Under the pieces are notes generated by a model. That model made no database searches. It worked only from the letters and a program-made list of their open reading frames with translations, and was not told the DNA's origin. DNA of 64,000 nt from NCBI RefSeq assembly GCF_009914755.1, contig NC_060947.1; one strand, given 5' to 3'. This stretch comes from the human T2T-CHM13v2.0 reference genome, Homo sapiens. Each line of letters begins with the position of its first letter. Within the stretch, counting starts at the first letter, position 1. Below, piece by piece: positions 1-21,850 of the stretch. A program made the position numbers and the translations under genes.

Positions 1-429
1 TAGGTGTGAGTGGAAGTTGTTTATGGTCTTCATAAGGGTCAAAACTCAGGATAAAAAAAGATGGCACTGGACTCAAGCTATACCTCCTTCACCAGCTTCC
101 AAGTCCTAAGTGCCTTACAATGTCCAGCCTGCTGTTGGCATTCAGCAAAGGAGATTTATTATTATGCTCATTGGATGAGACAGGCAGGAGTCATGAGTCT
201 TGGCAGGAAAACAAGGCCAAAAGATTTGCTTTAACTAAAAGTCGTATAACTTGAAAGGTTTATTGCTGAACTGATTATGTAATGTAGCTTCGAAAGAGCA
301 CTATTTAAGATAAAGATTTGAAGCCCTCAGGCAGGTTTGGAAAGAGAGTTGGGAAAAGGCCGGAACGCATTAATGGGCCATTTAAGAACTGCCTGCCTCC
401 TAAACCTATTTTCAGACTGTGAAGCAGGA

Positions 430-628
430 AGGCAGTGAGGCATGGTAAAGGGCACTAATTTGAAGTCAGAAGACCTGGGCTGTGCCAATGACTCATTGTA
501 ATCTTGGGAAAGTCCTTTCCCTTCTCTAGACATCAGGGTCTCATTCACACTGGGTAAAGGGGTGGGGGTGGAAAGCAGGAATTAGACTTGATAACTACTA
601 AAGGCCCTTTTAGATTTGACATTTTAGG
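430..628 (+). mobile_element. MIR/MIR3-like SINE remnant
   Basis: Degenerate MIR motifs: 'gaagtcagaagacctggg', 'gtaatcttgggaaagtcctttcccttctct', and 3' 'ctaaaggcccttttagatttgacatt'. Confidence 0.55.
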
Positions 629-791
629 CTTAATTATAACTCCACCTTCCACACCCAGGTGTGGAATTATAACTCCACCTCCCACAATCTCCAGGATGCA
701 CCAAAGGACCTAACTGGACCAAACCTCCGGTGAGCAATCCTCTCTTGGTCCCTTCTCTTTTAGTCATATCCAGTTTTTCTTGGCCTACTCC

Positions 792-932
792 AGTAGTTTT
801 CTACTCTGGCAGTCCATTAGACTCACACAGGAAACTTTAAAAATGCCAAGACTCAGGATCCACCTCCAGAGATTCTGACATAAAAACTCCCCTGGTAATT
901 CCAATGGGCAGCCAGGGTAAAAACCACTGGCT
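792..932. mobile_element. MER5-like hAT-Charlie MITE remnant
   Basis: Termini 'cagtagttttct' and 'aaaaccactg'; internal 'ccagagattctga' and 'aattccaatgggcagccaggg' are typical of MER5. Confidence 0.55.
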
Positions 933-3900
933 TAAAATTTTGTGCTATTTGGTGAGGGGTTGAACTTATGTTCATCTCCAAGTATCTTCATTTACTCAGT
1001 TATTCAGTCATTCTTTCTGTCTTTTTAAAATCATCTTTATAAAAAATATAGTTTATGTACTATACAATTCACCCATTTAAAATGTACAGTTAAACAATTT
1101 TAGTGTATTCACAGATATGTACAACCATCGCCACAGCCAAATTTAGAACATTTTCATCATGTCAAAAAGAAACCACATACCCTTTAACTATTGTCTACCT
1201 ATCAACTGCATCCCACTTCACATCTCTAAGCAATCATTAATCTACTCTCTGTCTCCATAGAGTTCTTGACTACAGCATTCCACATGAATGGGATCATATA
1301 ACAGGTAATCTTTTTTGACTGACTTATTTCACTTAGCATAATGTTTTCAAGGTTTGTTCATGCTGAACAGTATTTCATTTCTTTTTATGGTTGAATAATA
1401 TTACATAGTATGAATATACCACCTTTTCTTATCTGTTGAGCTGATGGACATTTGAGTTGCTTCTACCTTTCAACTATCATGAATAATGCTGCTGTAGCAT
1501 TTGTGTACAAGTTTCTGTCTGGGTACATATTTTTATTTCTTTTGGCTATGTACCTAGGACTGGAATTAGTGAGTCATCTGATAACTTTATCTTTAATTAT
1601 TTGAGAAGCTGTCAGACTGTTCTCCAAGGTGGCTGCACCATTTTGCATTCCTACCAGCAATGTAAAAAAGTTCTAATTTCTCTATATCCTTGCTGACACT
1701 TCTTTGTTATCTGAGTTTTTCATTCTATACATCCTAGTAGGCAGGAAGTGATATCTCATTGTGGTTTTGATTTGCATTTCCCAGGTGACTAACAATGTTT
1801 AGTATCTTTTCATGTGTTTATTGACCATTTATATATCTGTAGAGAAATGTCTACTCAGGTACTTTGCCCATTTTAATTGGCTTATTTGTCCTTTTATTGT
1901 TGATTTGTAAGAGTTCCTTATATATTCTAGATACATGTCGCTTATCAGATATATGGTTCAAAATTGTTTTTCATTCTTTGCTTTGTCTTTCCACTTTCTT
2001 AGTGATGTCCTTTGAAACACAAAATCTTAAATTTTGATAAAGTCCAGTTTATCCATTTGGCAAATCCTTTGCCAAATCCAAGGTCATGAAGATTTACTCC
2101 TATGTTTTCTTCTAAGAGTTTTATAGATTTGTCTCTTGCATTTAGGCCTTTGATCCATTTTGAGTTCCAACCTAATTCTTTTGCATATGGCTATCCATTT
2201 GTTCCAACACCACTTGTTGAAAAGATTATTCTTTCTCCATTAAATGGTCTTGGCACTCTTGTCAAAAATTAGTTGACCATAGATGTACCAGTTTATTCCT
2301 TTTCTCTCAATTATATAATATTCCATTGATCTATATGCCTATCTTTCTACTACTACCATACTGTCTTGATTACAGTTGTTTTGTAGTAAGCTGAGAAATT
2401 GGGAAGTGTGAGTCCTCCTACTTCCTTTTTCACTTTAAAATTGTTTTGGCTATCTTGAGTCTATACAATTCCATATGAATTTTAGAACCACCTTGTCAAT
2501 TTCTAAACATAACTCAGTTGGAATTCTGATAAGGATTATGTTGAAATTGTAGATCAGTATAAGGAATATTGCCATTTTAACAATGTTAAGTCTTCTGAGA
2601 AATGAATGTAGGATGCTTTTTCAATATTTAGATCTTCTTTAAATTTTTTCAAAGTTTTGTAATTTTGAAAGTATAAGTTTTGTTGAATTTTGTCAAATTC
2701 ATTTTCTGTGTCTATTGATGTGATCATGTTGTTTTTGGTTTTTATTCTATTGGTATGATTATTACATTAATTAATCTTCAGATACTAAAGCAGCCTCACA
2801 TCCCTGGAATAAATCCAACTTGGTTATGGTATTTATTTCTTTTTACATGTTGCCAACTGTATTGGGTACTACATTGTTGAAAATTTTTGAGCCTATATTC
2901 AACAAGAGATATTGGTCTGTAGTGTTTTGTTTTGTTTCTGTTTTTTCCTTGTGTCGTCCTAGGCTGCTTTTGGTATCACGGTAATACTGGTCTCATAGAA
3001 TGAGTTGGGAAGTGACCCCTCATTTTCCATTTTTGCAAGAACTTCTGAAGATTTATATTAGTTCTTCTTTGATTATTAATAGAATTCAGAGGTGAGGCAA
3101 TCTGGGCCTTAGCTTTTTTGTGTGAGTAGTTCTTTTGATTACTGTTTCAATTTCTTCAGATGTATACACCTATTCAGATTGTCTGTTTCTTCTTGTGTCA
3201 GTTTGCAGAAAGTAGCTTGAGTGTTTTTAGGAATTTGCCCATTTCATCTAAGTTATCTAATTTGTTGACAGGCAGTTTTTTATAACGTTCTTTTATAATA
3301 CTTTTTATTTTTAATGTTGGTAATAAAGTTCTTTTTTATATCTGATTCTAGCAATTTGAACCTTTTATGTTTTTGCTTGATCAAACTAGCTAAAGGTTTG
3401 TCAGTTTTGTTGATCTTCTTAAAGAACTAGATTTTGATTTAATTAATTTTCTTTAATGTTTTCTATTCTCTATTTCATTTATTTCCATTTTAATAATTAC
3501 TCCTTTTTTTGGGTGCTTTTAGTTTTCTCTTCTTTTACAAATGTCTAAAAGTAGAAGTTTAGATTATTGGTTTGAGATCTTTATTTTTTCTTAATTTAGG
3601 ATTTGCAGCCATAAATTCCCCTGTAAGCCCTGCTTTGGCTATGTCCCATAAGTTTTAATAGGTAGCACTTTCATTTTCATATATCTAAAAGTATTTTCTG
3701 ATTTTAATTTTCATTTATTTTTTAACCCACTTGTTTATGAATGTGTTGTTTAATTTCTGCATAGTTAAATTTCCCCAAGTTTTCTCATTAAAAAAATTAA
3801 TCCCATTCTATTTTGATCAAAGAACATACTTTGTATTATTTTATGCTTTTACACTTATTGAAGTTTGTTTAATGACTTACCATATGGTTTATCCTGGAGA

Positions 3901-4136
3901 ATGTTCCATGTGCACACAAGAATAATGCATATTTTGCTATTGTTGGGTGGGTTGTTCCAGAGATGTTTGTTAGGTCTACTTGTTTTGTAGCATTTTTCAA
4001 GTCTTCTGTTTCCTTGTTGACCTTATGTCTAGATGTTTCCTCTATTATTAAAAGTAGGATATTGAAGTCTTCAAATATTCTTATTATATTGTCTTCCCCT
4101 ACCTTCATTTTTATGTTTTTGCTTCATGTATTTTGG

Positions 4137-5224
4137 TGTTGTGGGAAGTCAGGGACCCCAAATGGAGGGACCGGCTGAAACCATGGCAGAAGAACATGGA
4201 TTGCGAAGATTTCATGGACATTTATTTGATCCCCAAATTAATACTTTTATAATTTCTTACGCCTGTCTTTACTGCAATCTCTGAACATAAATTGTGAAGA
4301 TTTCATGGACACTTATCACCTCCGCAATCAATACCCTTGTGATTTCCTATGCCTGTCTTTACTTTAATCTCTTAATCCCATCATCTTCGTAAGCTGAGGA
4401 GGATGTATGTCGCCTCAGGACTCTGTGATGATTGCATTAACTGCACAAATTGTTTGTAGAGCATGTGTGTTTGAACAATATGAAATCTGGGCACCTTGAA
4501 AAAAGAACAGGATAACAACAATGTTCAGGGAATAAGAGAGAGATAACCTTAAACTCTGACCGCTGGTGAGCCAGGCGGAAGAGAGCCATATTTCTCTTCT
4601 TTCAAAAGCAAATGGGAGAAATATCGCTGAATTCTTTTTCTCAGCAAGGAACATCCCTGAGAAAAAGAATGTGTCCCTGAGGGTAGGCCTCTAAAATGGC
4701 CCCCCTTGGGTGCGGCCATCTTCTATGGTCGAGCTGTAGGGACGAAATAAGCCCCAGTCACCCATAGTGTTCCCAGGCTTATTAGGATGAGGAAATTCCT
4801 GCCTAAAAAATTTTGGTCAGACTGGTCATCTGCTCTCAAACCCTGTCTCCTGATAAGATGTTATCAATGACAATGCATGCCGAAACTTCACTGGCAATTC
4901 TAATTTCACCCCGGTCCTGTGGTCCTGTGATCTTGCCCTGCCTCCATTTGCCTTGTGATATTCCATTACCTTGTGAAGCACGTGATCTCTGTGACCCACA
5001 CCCTATTTGTACACTCCCTCCCCTTTTGAAAATCACTAATAAAAACTTGCTGGTTTTACGGCTCAGGGGGCATCACGGAACCTACTGACATGTGATGTCT
5101 CCCCCGGATGCCCAGCTTTAAAATATCTCTCTTTTGCACTCTGTCCCTTTATTTCTCAAACTGGTTGACACTTAGGGAAAATAGAAAAGAACCTACATGA
5201 AATCGGGGGCAGGTTCCCCCAATA
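4137..5224 (+). mobile_element. MER11 solo LTR (HERV-K11/HML-8)
   Basis: Starts TGTTGTGGGAAGTCAGGGACCCC and ends GGTTCCCCCAATA; about 1.09 kb. Has an internal ~90-bp tandem duplication (~4199-4375), AATAAA near 5038, and a 6-bp TSD ttttgg/tcttgg with one mismatch. Confidence 0.9.
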
Positions 5225-5849
5225 TCTTGGTGCTCTGTTATGAAGTGCATGTAAGTTTATAATTGTTACATATTCCTGATGGGCTAAAAGTTTTATTATA
5301 AAATGTCATTCTTTATCTCTAGAAACAGATTTTGTGGTTATTTTCAAGTTAGTTTTGCCTGATATCAGTATAAATGCTTCAGCTTTCCAATGGTTGCTAT
5401 TTGCATGATACATGTTTTTCCACTGTTTCGATTTTAGTCTATTTGTGTCTGGAAATCTAAAGTGTGTCTCACATAAAACACACATTTGGAACTTCTTTTT
5501 TGATACAGTCTGAAAATCTTTGCCTTTTGTTTGAATTTGTCTAACATTTACATTTATTGTTAATATATTTATAATTATGTCTGACATTTTACTTTTTTTT
5601 CTTTTTTTATTATTACTATTATTATTATTATTATTATTTTTTTAATTATACTTTAAGTTTTAGGGTACATGTGCACATTGTGCAGGTTAGTTACATATGT
5701 ATACATGTGCCATGCTGGTGTGCTGCACCCACTAACTCATCATCTAGCATTAGGTATATCTCCCAATGCTATCCCTCCCCCCTCCCCCATCCCCACCACA
5801 GTCCCCAGAGTGTGATATTCCCCTTCCTGTGTCCATGTGATCTCATTGT

Positions 5850-9673
<3,824 letters not shown>

Positions 9674-9736
9674 TATGATGTTAGCTGTTTATTTTGCTCG
9701 TTAGTTGATGCAGTTTCTTCCTAGTCTCGATGGTCT

Positions 9737-10751
9737 TTACATTTTGGCATGATTTTGCAGCGGCTGGTACCGGTTGTTCCTTTCCATGTTTAGTGCTTCC
9801 TTCAGGAGTTCTTTTAGGGTAGGCCTGGTGGTGACAAAATCTCTCAGCATTTGCTTGTCTGTAAAGGATTTTATTTCTCCTTCACTTATGAAGCTTAGTT
9901 TGGCTGGATATGAAATTCTGGGTTGAAAATTCTTTTCTTTAAGAATGTTGAATATTGGCCCCCACTCTCTTCTGGCTTGTAGGGTTTCTGCCGAGAGATC
10001 CGCTGTTAGTCTGATGGGCTTCCCTTTGAGGGTAACCCGACCTTTCTCTCTGGCTGCCCTTAACATGTTTTCCTTCATTTCAACTTTGGTGAATCTGACA
10101 ATTATGTGTCTTGGAGTTGCTCTTCTCGAGGAGTATCTTTGTGGCGTTCTCTGTATTTCCTGAATCTGAACGTTGGCCTGCCTTGCTAGATTGGGGAAGT
10201 TCTCCTGGGGAATATCCTGCAGTGTTTTCCAACTTGGTTCCATTCTCCCCATCACTTTCAGGTACACCAATCAGACGTAGATTTGGTCTTTTCACATAGT
10301 CCCATATTTCTTGGAGGCTTTGCTCATTTCTTTTTATTCTTTTTTCTCTAAACTTCCCTTCTCGCTTCATTTCATTCATTTCATCTTCCATCGCTGATAC
10401 CCTTTCTTCCAGTTGATCACATCGGCTCCTGAGGCTTCTGCATTCTTCACGTAGTTCTCCAGCCTTGGTTTTCAGCTCCATCAGCTCCTTTAAGCACTTC
10501 TCTGTATTGGTTATTCTAGTTATACATTCTTCTAAATTTTTTTCAAAATTTTCAACTTCTTTGCCTTTGGTTTGAATGTCCTCCCGTAGCTCAGAGTAAT
10601 TTGATCGTCTGAAGCCTTCCTCTCTCAGCTCGTCAAAATCATTCTCCATCCAGCTTTGTTCCGTTGCTGGTGAGGAACTGCGCTCCTTTGGAGGAGGAGA
10701 GGCGCTCTGCTTTTTAGAGTTTCCAGTTTTTCTGTTCTGTTTTTTCCCCAT
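9737..10751 (-). pseudogene. L1 ORF1p, frameshifted
   Basis: Runs MGKKQNRKTGNSK to QPLQNHAKM in two frames; 2-bp deletion near 10220 (aacactgcag, versus aacactctgcag in element C). Confidence 0.95.
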
Positions 10752-11656
10752 CTTTGTGGTTTTATCTACTTTTGGTCTTTGATGATGGTGATGTACAGAT
10801 GGGTTTTTGGTGTGGATGTCCTTTCTGTTTGTTAGTTTTCCTTCTAACAGACAGGACCCTCAGCTGCAGGTCTGTTGGAATACCCTGTGGTGTGAGGTGT
10901 CAGTGTGCCCCTGCTGGGGGGTGCCTCCCAGTTAGGCTGCTCAGGAGTCAGGGGTCAGGGACCCACTTGAGGAGGCAGTGTGCCTGTTCTCAGATCTCCA
11001 GCTGCGTGCTGGGAGAACCACTGCTCTCTTAAAAGCTGTCAGACAGGGACATTTAAGTCTGCAGAGGTTACTGCTGTCTTTTTGTTTGTCTGTGCCCTGC
11101 CCCCAGAGGTGGAGCCTACAGAGGCAGGCAGGCCTCCTTGAGCTGTGGTGGGCTCCACCCATTTCGAGCTTCCCAACTGCTTTGTTTACCTAAGCAAGCC
11201 TGAGCAATGGCGGGCGCCCCTCCCCCAGCCTCGCTGCTGCCTTGTAGTTTGATCTCAGACTGCTGTGCTAGCAATCAGCGAGATTCCGTGGGCGTAGGAC
11301 CCTCCGAACCAGGTGTGGGATATAGTCTCGTGGTGCGCCATTTTTTAAGCCGGTCTGAAAAGCGCAATATTCGGGTGGAAGTGACCCAATTTTCCAGGTG
11401 CATCCGTCACCCCTTTCTTTGACTCAGAAAGGGAACTCCCTGACCCCTGCGCTTCCCAGGGGAGGCAATGCCTCGCCCTGCTTTGGCTCACGCACGGTGC
11501 ACGCACCCACTGGCCTGCGCCCACTGTGTGGCACTCCCTAGTGAGATGAACCCGGTACCTCAGATGGAAATGCAGAAATCACCAGTCTTCTGCGTCGCTC
11601 ACGCTGGGAGCTGTAGACCAGAGCTGTTCCTATTCGGCCACCTTGGCTCCTCCCCC
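10752..11656 (-). promoter_or_regulatory. L1 5'UTR internal sense and antisense promoter (element A)
   Basis: Complete CpG-containing 5'UTR. The YY1 element reads AAGGTGGCC instead of AAGATGGCC (11636-11644). Confidence 0.8.
11207..11422 (+). CDS. ORF0: L1 antisense ORF0, intact, 71 aa
   Basis: MAGAPPPASLLPCSLISDCCASNQRDSVGVGPSEPG...RHPFL matches primate L1 ORF0 in length and sequence. It lies antisense in the 5'UTR with ATG context gcaATGg. Confidence 0.85.
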   Translation: MAGAPPPASLLPCSLISDCCASNQRDSVGVGPSEPGVGYSLVVRHFLSRSEKRNIRVEVTQFSRCIRHPFL

Positions 11657-11806
11657 TACTTTTTCTTTTCTATATGCCTTCTGTTTCTTTTTTATTGTTA
11701 ACTTTCTATTTCTTCTTTATTGCTTTCTAGCATTTTAATTTCACTAATAATTTTGCACGGTATTTTCCAGTTTACTTTTACTGGTTGCTCTAGAGTTTAC
11801 TATATA

Positions 11807-12133
11807 GAGTAGTTCTCCCTTATCCACAGTTTCTCTTTCTGCAGTTTTAGTTACCTGTGGTCAACCATTGTTCAAAAATAGGTAAAGCAAAATAAGATAC
11901 TTTGAGAAAGAGAGAGAACACATTCACATAACTTTTATTACAGTATATTGTTATAATTATTCTATTTTATTATTAGTTGTTAATTTCTTACTTTGATTTA
12001 TAAATTAAATTTTATCTTTGGTAAGTATGTATAGGAAAAAATTAAGTATATATAGGGTTTGGTGTTAGATTCAGTTTCAAGTATGCACTGGGGGTCTTGA
12101 AACATATTGCCCACAGATAATGGGAAACTACAC
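11807..12133. mobile_element. Tigger4/Zombi-type MITE (Tigger4b-like)
   Basis: Degenerate TIRs 'gagtagttctcccttatccacag' and 'cccacagataatgggaaactac', TA flanks, and body 'cacattcacataacttttattacagtatattg'. Confidence 0.75.
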
Positions 12134-13303
12134 TACATCTTAACTTATCAGAATCAGCTTTAGATTTATACTTTCCTAAATCTCTTAATATGTAGAAATA
12201 TTACTCCTGTATAGCTCTGTTACCTTTTACCCTTTTCATGGTATTATTATTGTACATATTACATCTATTAATGTTATGAATGCAACAGTGTATTTTTTAA
12301 ATTATCACTTTATCATCTCTTTTTCTTTTCTTAGCTCATTAAAGTTGTGCTTTTATTTACCTCTTTAGTACTGTTATAGGCAAATATATTATATACATAT
12401 ATTACCTTTATATTTTATAGGCCCAACAATATGTACTATGCACATTATTTTATATAATTGTGTTTTAAATTCATGAAAATAAAAAAGAAGGAAATAGTAT
12501 ACATTTATAGCATCTTTTACAATGATGTAATTACCTTTACCTGTGTTGTTTGTTTGTTCATGCGAATTTAAATTACCATCTTGAATCACTTGCTTTCAGC
12601 CTTGGGAATTTTCTTTGGTATTTCTTGTAAGGTAAGCCTACTAGCAACAATTTCTCTGTTTTTGTTTATCTGGGGCAGTCTTTATTTCTTTTTATTATAG
12701 CTTTGCTGGATATGAAATATTTGGTTGACAGCTTTTTTTCTTCAAGTGCTTTGAATATGTTATCTCATGGCCTTCATTGTTTCTGTTGAGAAGTCAGCTT
12801 TTAATCTTATTGGGGTTCCCTTGGAAGGGATGTGTCCTTTTAATCCTGCTTCTTCCAAAAATTGTTTTTTTCATCTTTGACTTCCTGCACTGTGCTACAT
12901 TATGTCTACTTGAGAGTTTCTGAAATTTCCTACTTGGAGTTTCTTGAGCTTCCTGAATGGGTAGGTTATTGTTTTTAAATAAATCTGAAAATAATTCAGC
13001 TATTATAGCTTCAAATATTTGTGTTTTCTTCTTTATATACTTCTTCCTTTTCTGGTACCCCCATTATATTTCTGTTGGTACCCTAATGGTGCCCCCACAT
13101 ATTTTTAAAGTTCTATTTAGTTTTCTTTATCCTTTACCTCTCTGTTGTTTTTGTTTATAATCTCTATTGATCTATTCTCAAGTTTGCGTATTATTTCATC
13201 TTTTTATTGAATTTATTGTTTAGCTCCTCTAATGAATATTTACTCTAGTTATAATATTGTAACTGTACAATTTTCATAGTGTTCTTTGTAAAATTTTTAT
13301 CTC

Positions 13304-18437
<5,134 letters not shown>

Positions 18438-18809
18438 ATAAATTTAGTTTTTGACAATCTATCTTGCTAAATGTGTAGTTCAGGTTAGGTTGCAGTAAAA
18501 CTGTAAGAATTTTTTAACCACTTAGCGGAGATTTATTTAACAGTAAATTTATATACAATTTAATTAATTTGATTAATTAATTAGTTAATTTGATTTCACT
18601 TATTTCTGGCTATTAAGAGCTAATCCATAAAATCTACATTTGGCAGCTCTTCACTCAGCTCTTTAACTTTTCTGTACATACAAGCATAAATGTTATAGCA
18701 AAGGAGATCATTATTTTTGAAATCAATCAGAACCTTTGGGGACACTTAACCTGAGAATAATAATTGTCCTAGAGAATCCAGGATGTGTGGTTTCTACAGG
18801 TATGGCAAA

Positions 18810-18935
18810 TTTTAGTTCTGGTCCAAGAGTCAGAAGACCTAAGTTATATTGGCAGTTCTACTGTAAACTGACTTGTGAAATCTTGAGCTAGTCCCTCTTT
18901 TGCAAGACTCTGTAGCTTTATCTTTATAAAGGTCC
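18810..18935 (+). mobile_element. MIR-like remnant
   Basis: 'gagtcagaagacctaagtt' and 'tgtgaaatcttgagctagtc' resemble the MIR core. Confidence 0.45.
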
Positions 18936-19201
18936 ACTGACCAATAGTTGTTTACAGAGATCTATCAGGTAGTCCGCAGGTGGTGTGATGGTTTCAGAGG
19001 AAAAAGCAATGAAAAAATTTGTGTATATAACTTTCATAAATTTACATTTTAACTATTAGTTTTTACAGAAATTTCATTTTTTTCTTAATATAGATTACAT
19101 TCTTAAAATTATACAGTTGCTAATGTCATATAACAAGGGTGGTAATGGCTAGGTTACATTTCTTCTCTGAAATATTTTTACATTATCTGATTATTATTGC
19201 T

Positions 19202-20228
19202 TGTCCCAATTATCTATTGCTGCATAACAAACTACCCCAATACTTAGTGGCTTAAAGCAAAACTTATTTTATTATATCTCATAATTTGGGGGGTCAAGAA
19301 TTTGGGCAGGGCTCAGCTGAAAAATTCGGTTTCACACTGTATAGACTGGAGTCACCTGGTGTTATTCAGCTGACATCTGGGTTAGTCTGGAGATTCCAAA
19401 TAGCTTCATTCACATGCCTGAAGTGTTGATGAGAACAACTACAAAGCTGAGATTAAATAACACACTCTTCCTTTCCATAGTGTCTTGTGGCCTTTCTGCA
19501 TAATCTCTATAGCAGAATAGTTAAACCTCTTACATGGTGTTATAGGTTGAATTGTTTTCCCATAAAAGTTACATTGAAGTCCTAATCCCAGGACCCTCAA
19601 AATGTGACCTCATTTGAAAATAGGATTCTTGCAGATATTTAAGATAGTTAAGATAAAGTCATACTGGAGTAGGGTGAGCCTTATTCTAATATGACTCGCA
19701 TCCCTATACAAAGAGGAGAAGAGACTCAGAAATAGAGACACACCAGCAGAACTCCATGGATAAAGAAGACAAACATGGGAGTGATGTATCTGCAAGCCAA
19801 GAAATGCTAAGAATTACTGGCAGCACCAGAAGCTAAGAGAAACTTGTGGAGTAGATTCTGCCCTAGGACTTTAAGAGGGAAAGCATGGTCCTTTCAACAC
19901 CTCAATTGAGGATTTCTAGCCTCCAGAATTGTGAGAGAATAACTTTATGTTTTATTAAACCCAAACAGTTTGTACTACTTTGTTATAGCAGCCCTAGGAA
20001 ACTAATACATATGGCATCTCAGTGTTCCAAGACCAAGTGATCTAAGAGACAGTAAGTGGAATCTGACAGTCTCTTAAGGACTGGGACTGGATACTTGAAG
20101 AGTGACATTCCCAGTATATTCAACTGGTCAGTAGCTACAGAGCTTTTTTCCAGATTCAAGGGAGAAGACCTAGACCCAATCTCCTCACAGGAGGAATATT
20201 TTAAAAATTGCAGATATTTTCAACTACG
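19202..20228 (-). mobile_element. Old MLT1 (MLT1H-like) MaLR LTR split by an MLT1C insertion
   Basis: Terminus 'tatctattgctgcataacaaactacccc...ttagtggcttaaa'; resumes after 20014 with 'ccagattcaagggaga...'. Confidence 0.7.
19538..20009 (+). mobile_element. MLT1C-like MaLR solo LTR
   Basis: Runs TGTTATAGGTTGAATTG to GCCCTAGGAAACTAATACA, 472 bp, with 5-bp TSD catgg/tatgg. Confidence 0.85.
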
Positions 20229-21278
20229 ATGGAGTTTGTTTTTTAAATTTACATTTGTTTGCTGCTATCTTTCTGTTTCATGATAGCCACAATTCACAAA
20301 AAGGTCTGTCATATGAGACAAGTGGTACTCCCACAGTGCAATCAGAAAACAATCCAATTTTTTTTCCCCTGTGTCAAAAGGAACCTATTGTGTCAAGGTA
20401 GTTCTTTCCTTGGTATTGCAATAAGTATTGAGCAGGTGTCAGCTTATTTGCTGACCCTTAGATTATAAAAAGCCTTGCTCGCTTTCAGTTACAAGAATAG
20501 TCTCATTTAATAATTAATATGCCCATTCCAGCATAATAATTAAAAAATCTGACTTTATTCAAAATTAACATTCTCCCTTCACTCAGGTCTTGTGTGCTTT
20601 AGGCTGGCTGCTTATAGTGGTAAAAGAGAGCCATGACTATCATCTCTGGGTTTCCATCATGTCCTTATAACCCATCTCTTCCATCACTAAATTACCTCCA
20701 GTTTCTCCAGGGTTGGGAGACAAGGTAGACAGGAAAGAAAAATAAAAAGAAGAATGCTATATATGGCTTTGTAGGTGCTGCATTGTACATCTTGCCCTAT
20801 CATTCAAGATTACCCTGGTATGGGGCAGGAAAGACCCAACTGAAAGATCCATCTTCATTGACACAGGCTTAATCTGGCATTTATTTTCTCTTCTGAGGGC
20901 AAATATTTAAGATTGACTCTCTTGGATTGCACCCACTACCCTTTCTCACCTCAGGCCTCTAAGGTTATTCATAAAAGTAATCCTTTTTGAGAGAATTTTT
21001 GCTAGAGAAAAAGGCAAGAGGAGAAAGAAGCTGAAGATGTATCACTGAATGAGAGAGGTTTGAAAGTGCCCGACAAGCTAGATACACCACTGCATGAGAA
21101 GCCCATCAAAGTGCCTATGAGAGAAAAATGGTTGCACAAACATGGTCAAAGAAAATCAATAACAGACTGATGGATGGATCAAGTTGTCAGGTAAGACCTT
21201 TCTTACCACTTCTCCCTTCTGCCATCAGAGAAAAAATGAATCAATGTTTCAAAATATTTCAGTAAAATGCAAAATTGC

Positions 21279-21804
21279 ATAGTAGATAGAGTAATGGTCC
21301 TTCAAAGATGCCTACTCTCTAATCTCTGGAAAAAATGACTGGATTATGTTAAATGGTGAGGGAGGGGTTACGGTTGCAGATGAAATTAAAGTTATTAATC
21401 AATTGACATGGAGACATAGAAAGTGTCCTGTATTATTTCAGAGGGCCCAGTGTAATAATAAGGGTTCTTATAAGTGGAAGAGGGAGGCAGAAAGGAGAGA
21501 ACTAGAAAGATGGCAGCTTAAGAAGGACTAGGTCTGATGTTATTGGCTGTGAAGATGGAGAAAGAGGGCTAAGTGACAACAAATGTGGGCAGCCTCTGGA
21601 AGATGGAGTGGGTAGGAAAAAAGATTCTTCCCTAGAGGCTACAGGACTACAGAAAAGGACTCAGCCATGCTGACATCTTAATTTTATCCTGGCAAGACAC
21701 ATTTCAGATTTCTGACCTCCAGAACTGTAACATAATAAATTTGTATTGTTTGAACCCACCAAGTGTGTAATACCTTGTTATAGCAGTAATGGGAAACTAA
21801 TACA
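21279..21804 (+). mobile_element. MLT1D-like MaLR solo LTR
   Basis: Contains 'taatggtccttcaaagatg' and 'gttgcagatgaaattaaagtt'; ends GGGAAACTAATACA. Confidence 0.8.
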
Positions 21805-21850
21805 GGTACTAATGCAAGTAGTATTATAAATTTTTCAGTTCAGTATAATG

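Noticed and set aside
327-548. 73-aa ORF at the window start
   Set aside because: It overlaps a MIR-like remnant and shows no recognisable homology or gene structure.
4199-4375. ~90-bp tandem duplication as an array or CRISPR-like repeat
   Set aside because: It is an internal feature of the MER11 LTR with only two units and no spacers.
18556-18595. AT-rich quasi-palindromic 'ttaattaa' run
   Set aside because: Low-complexity sequence in which self-complementarity is expected by chance.
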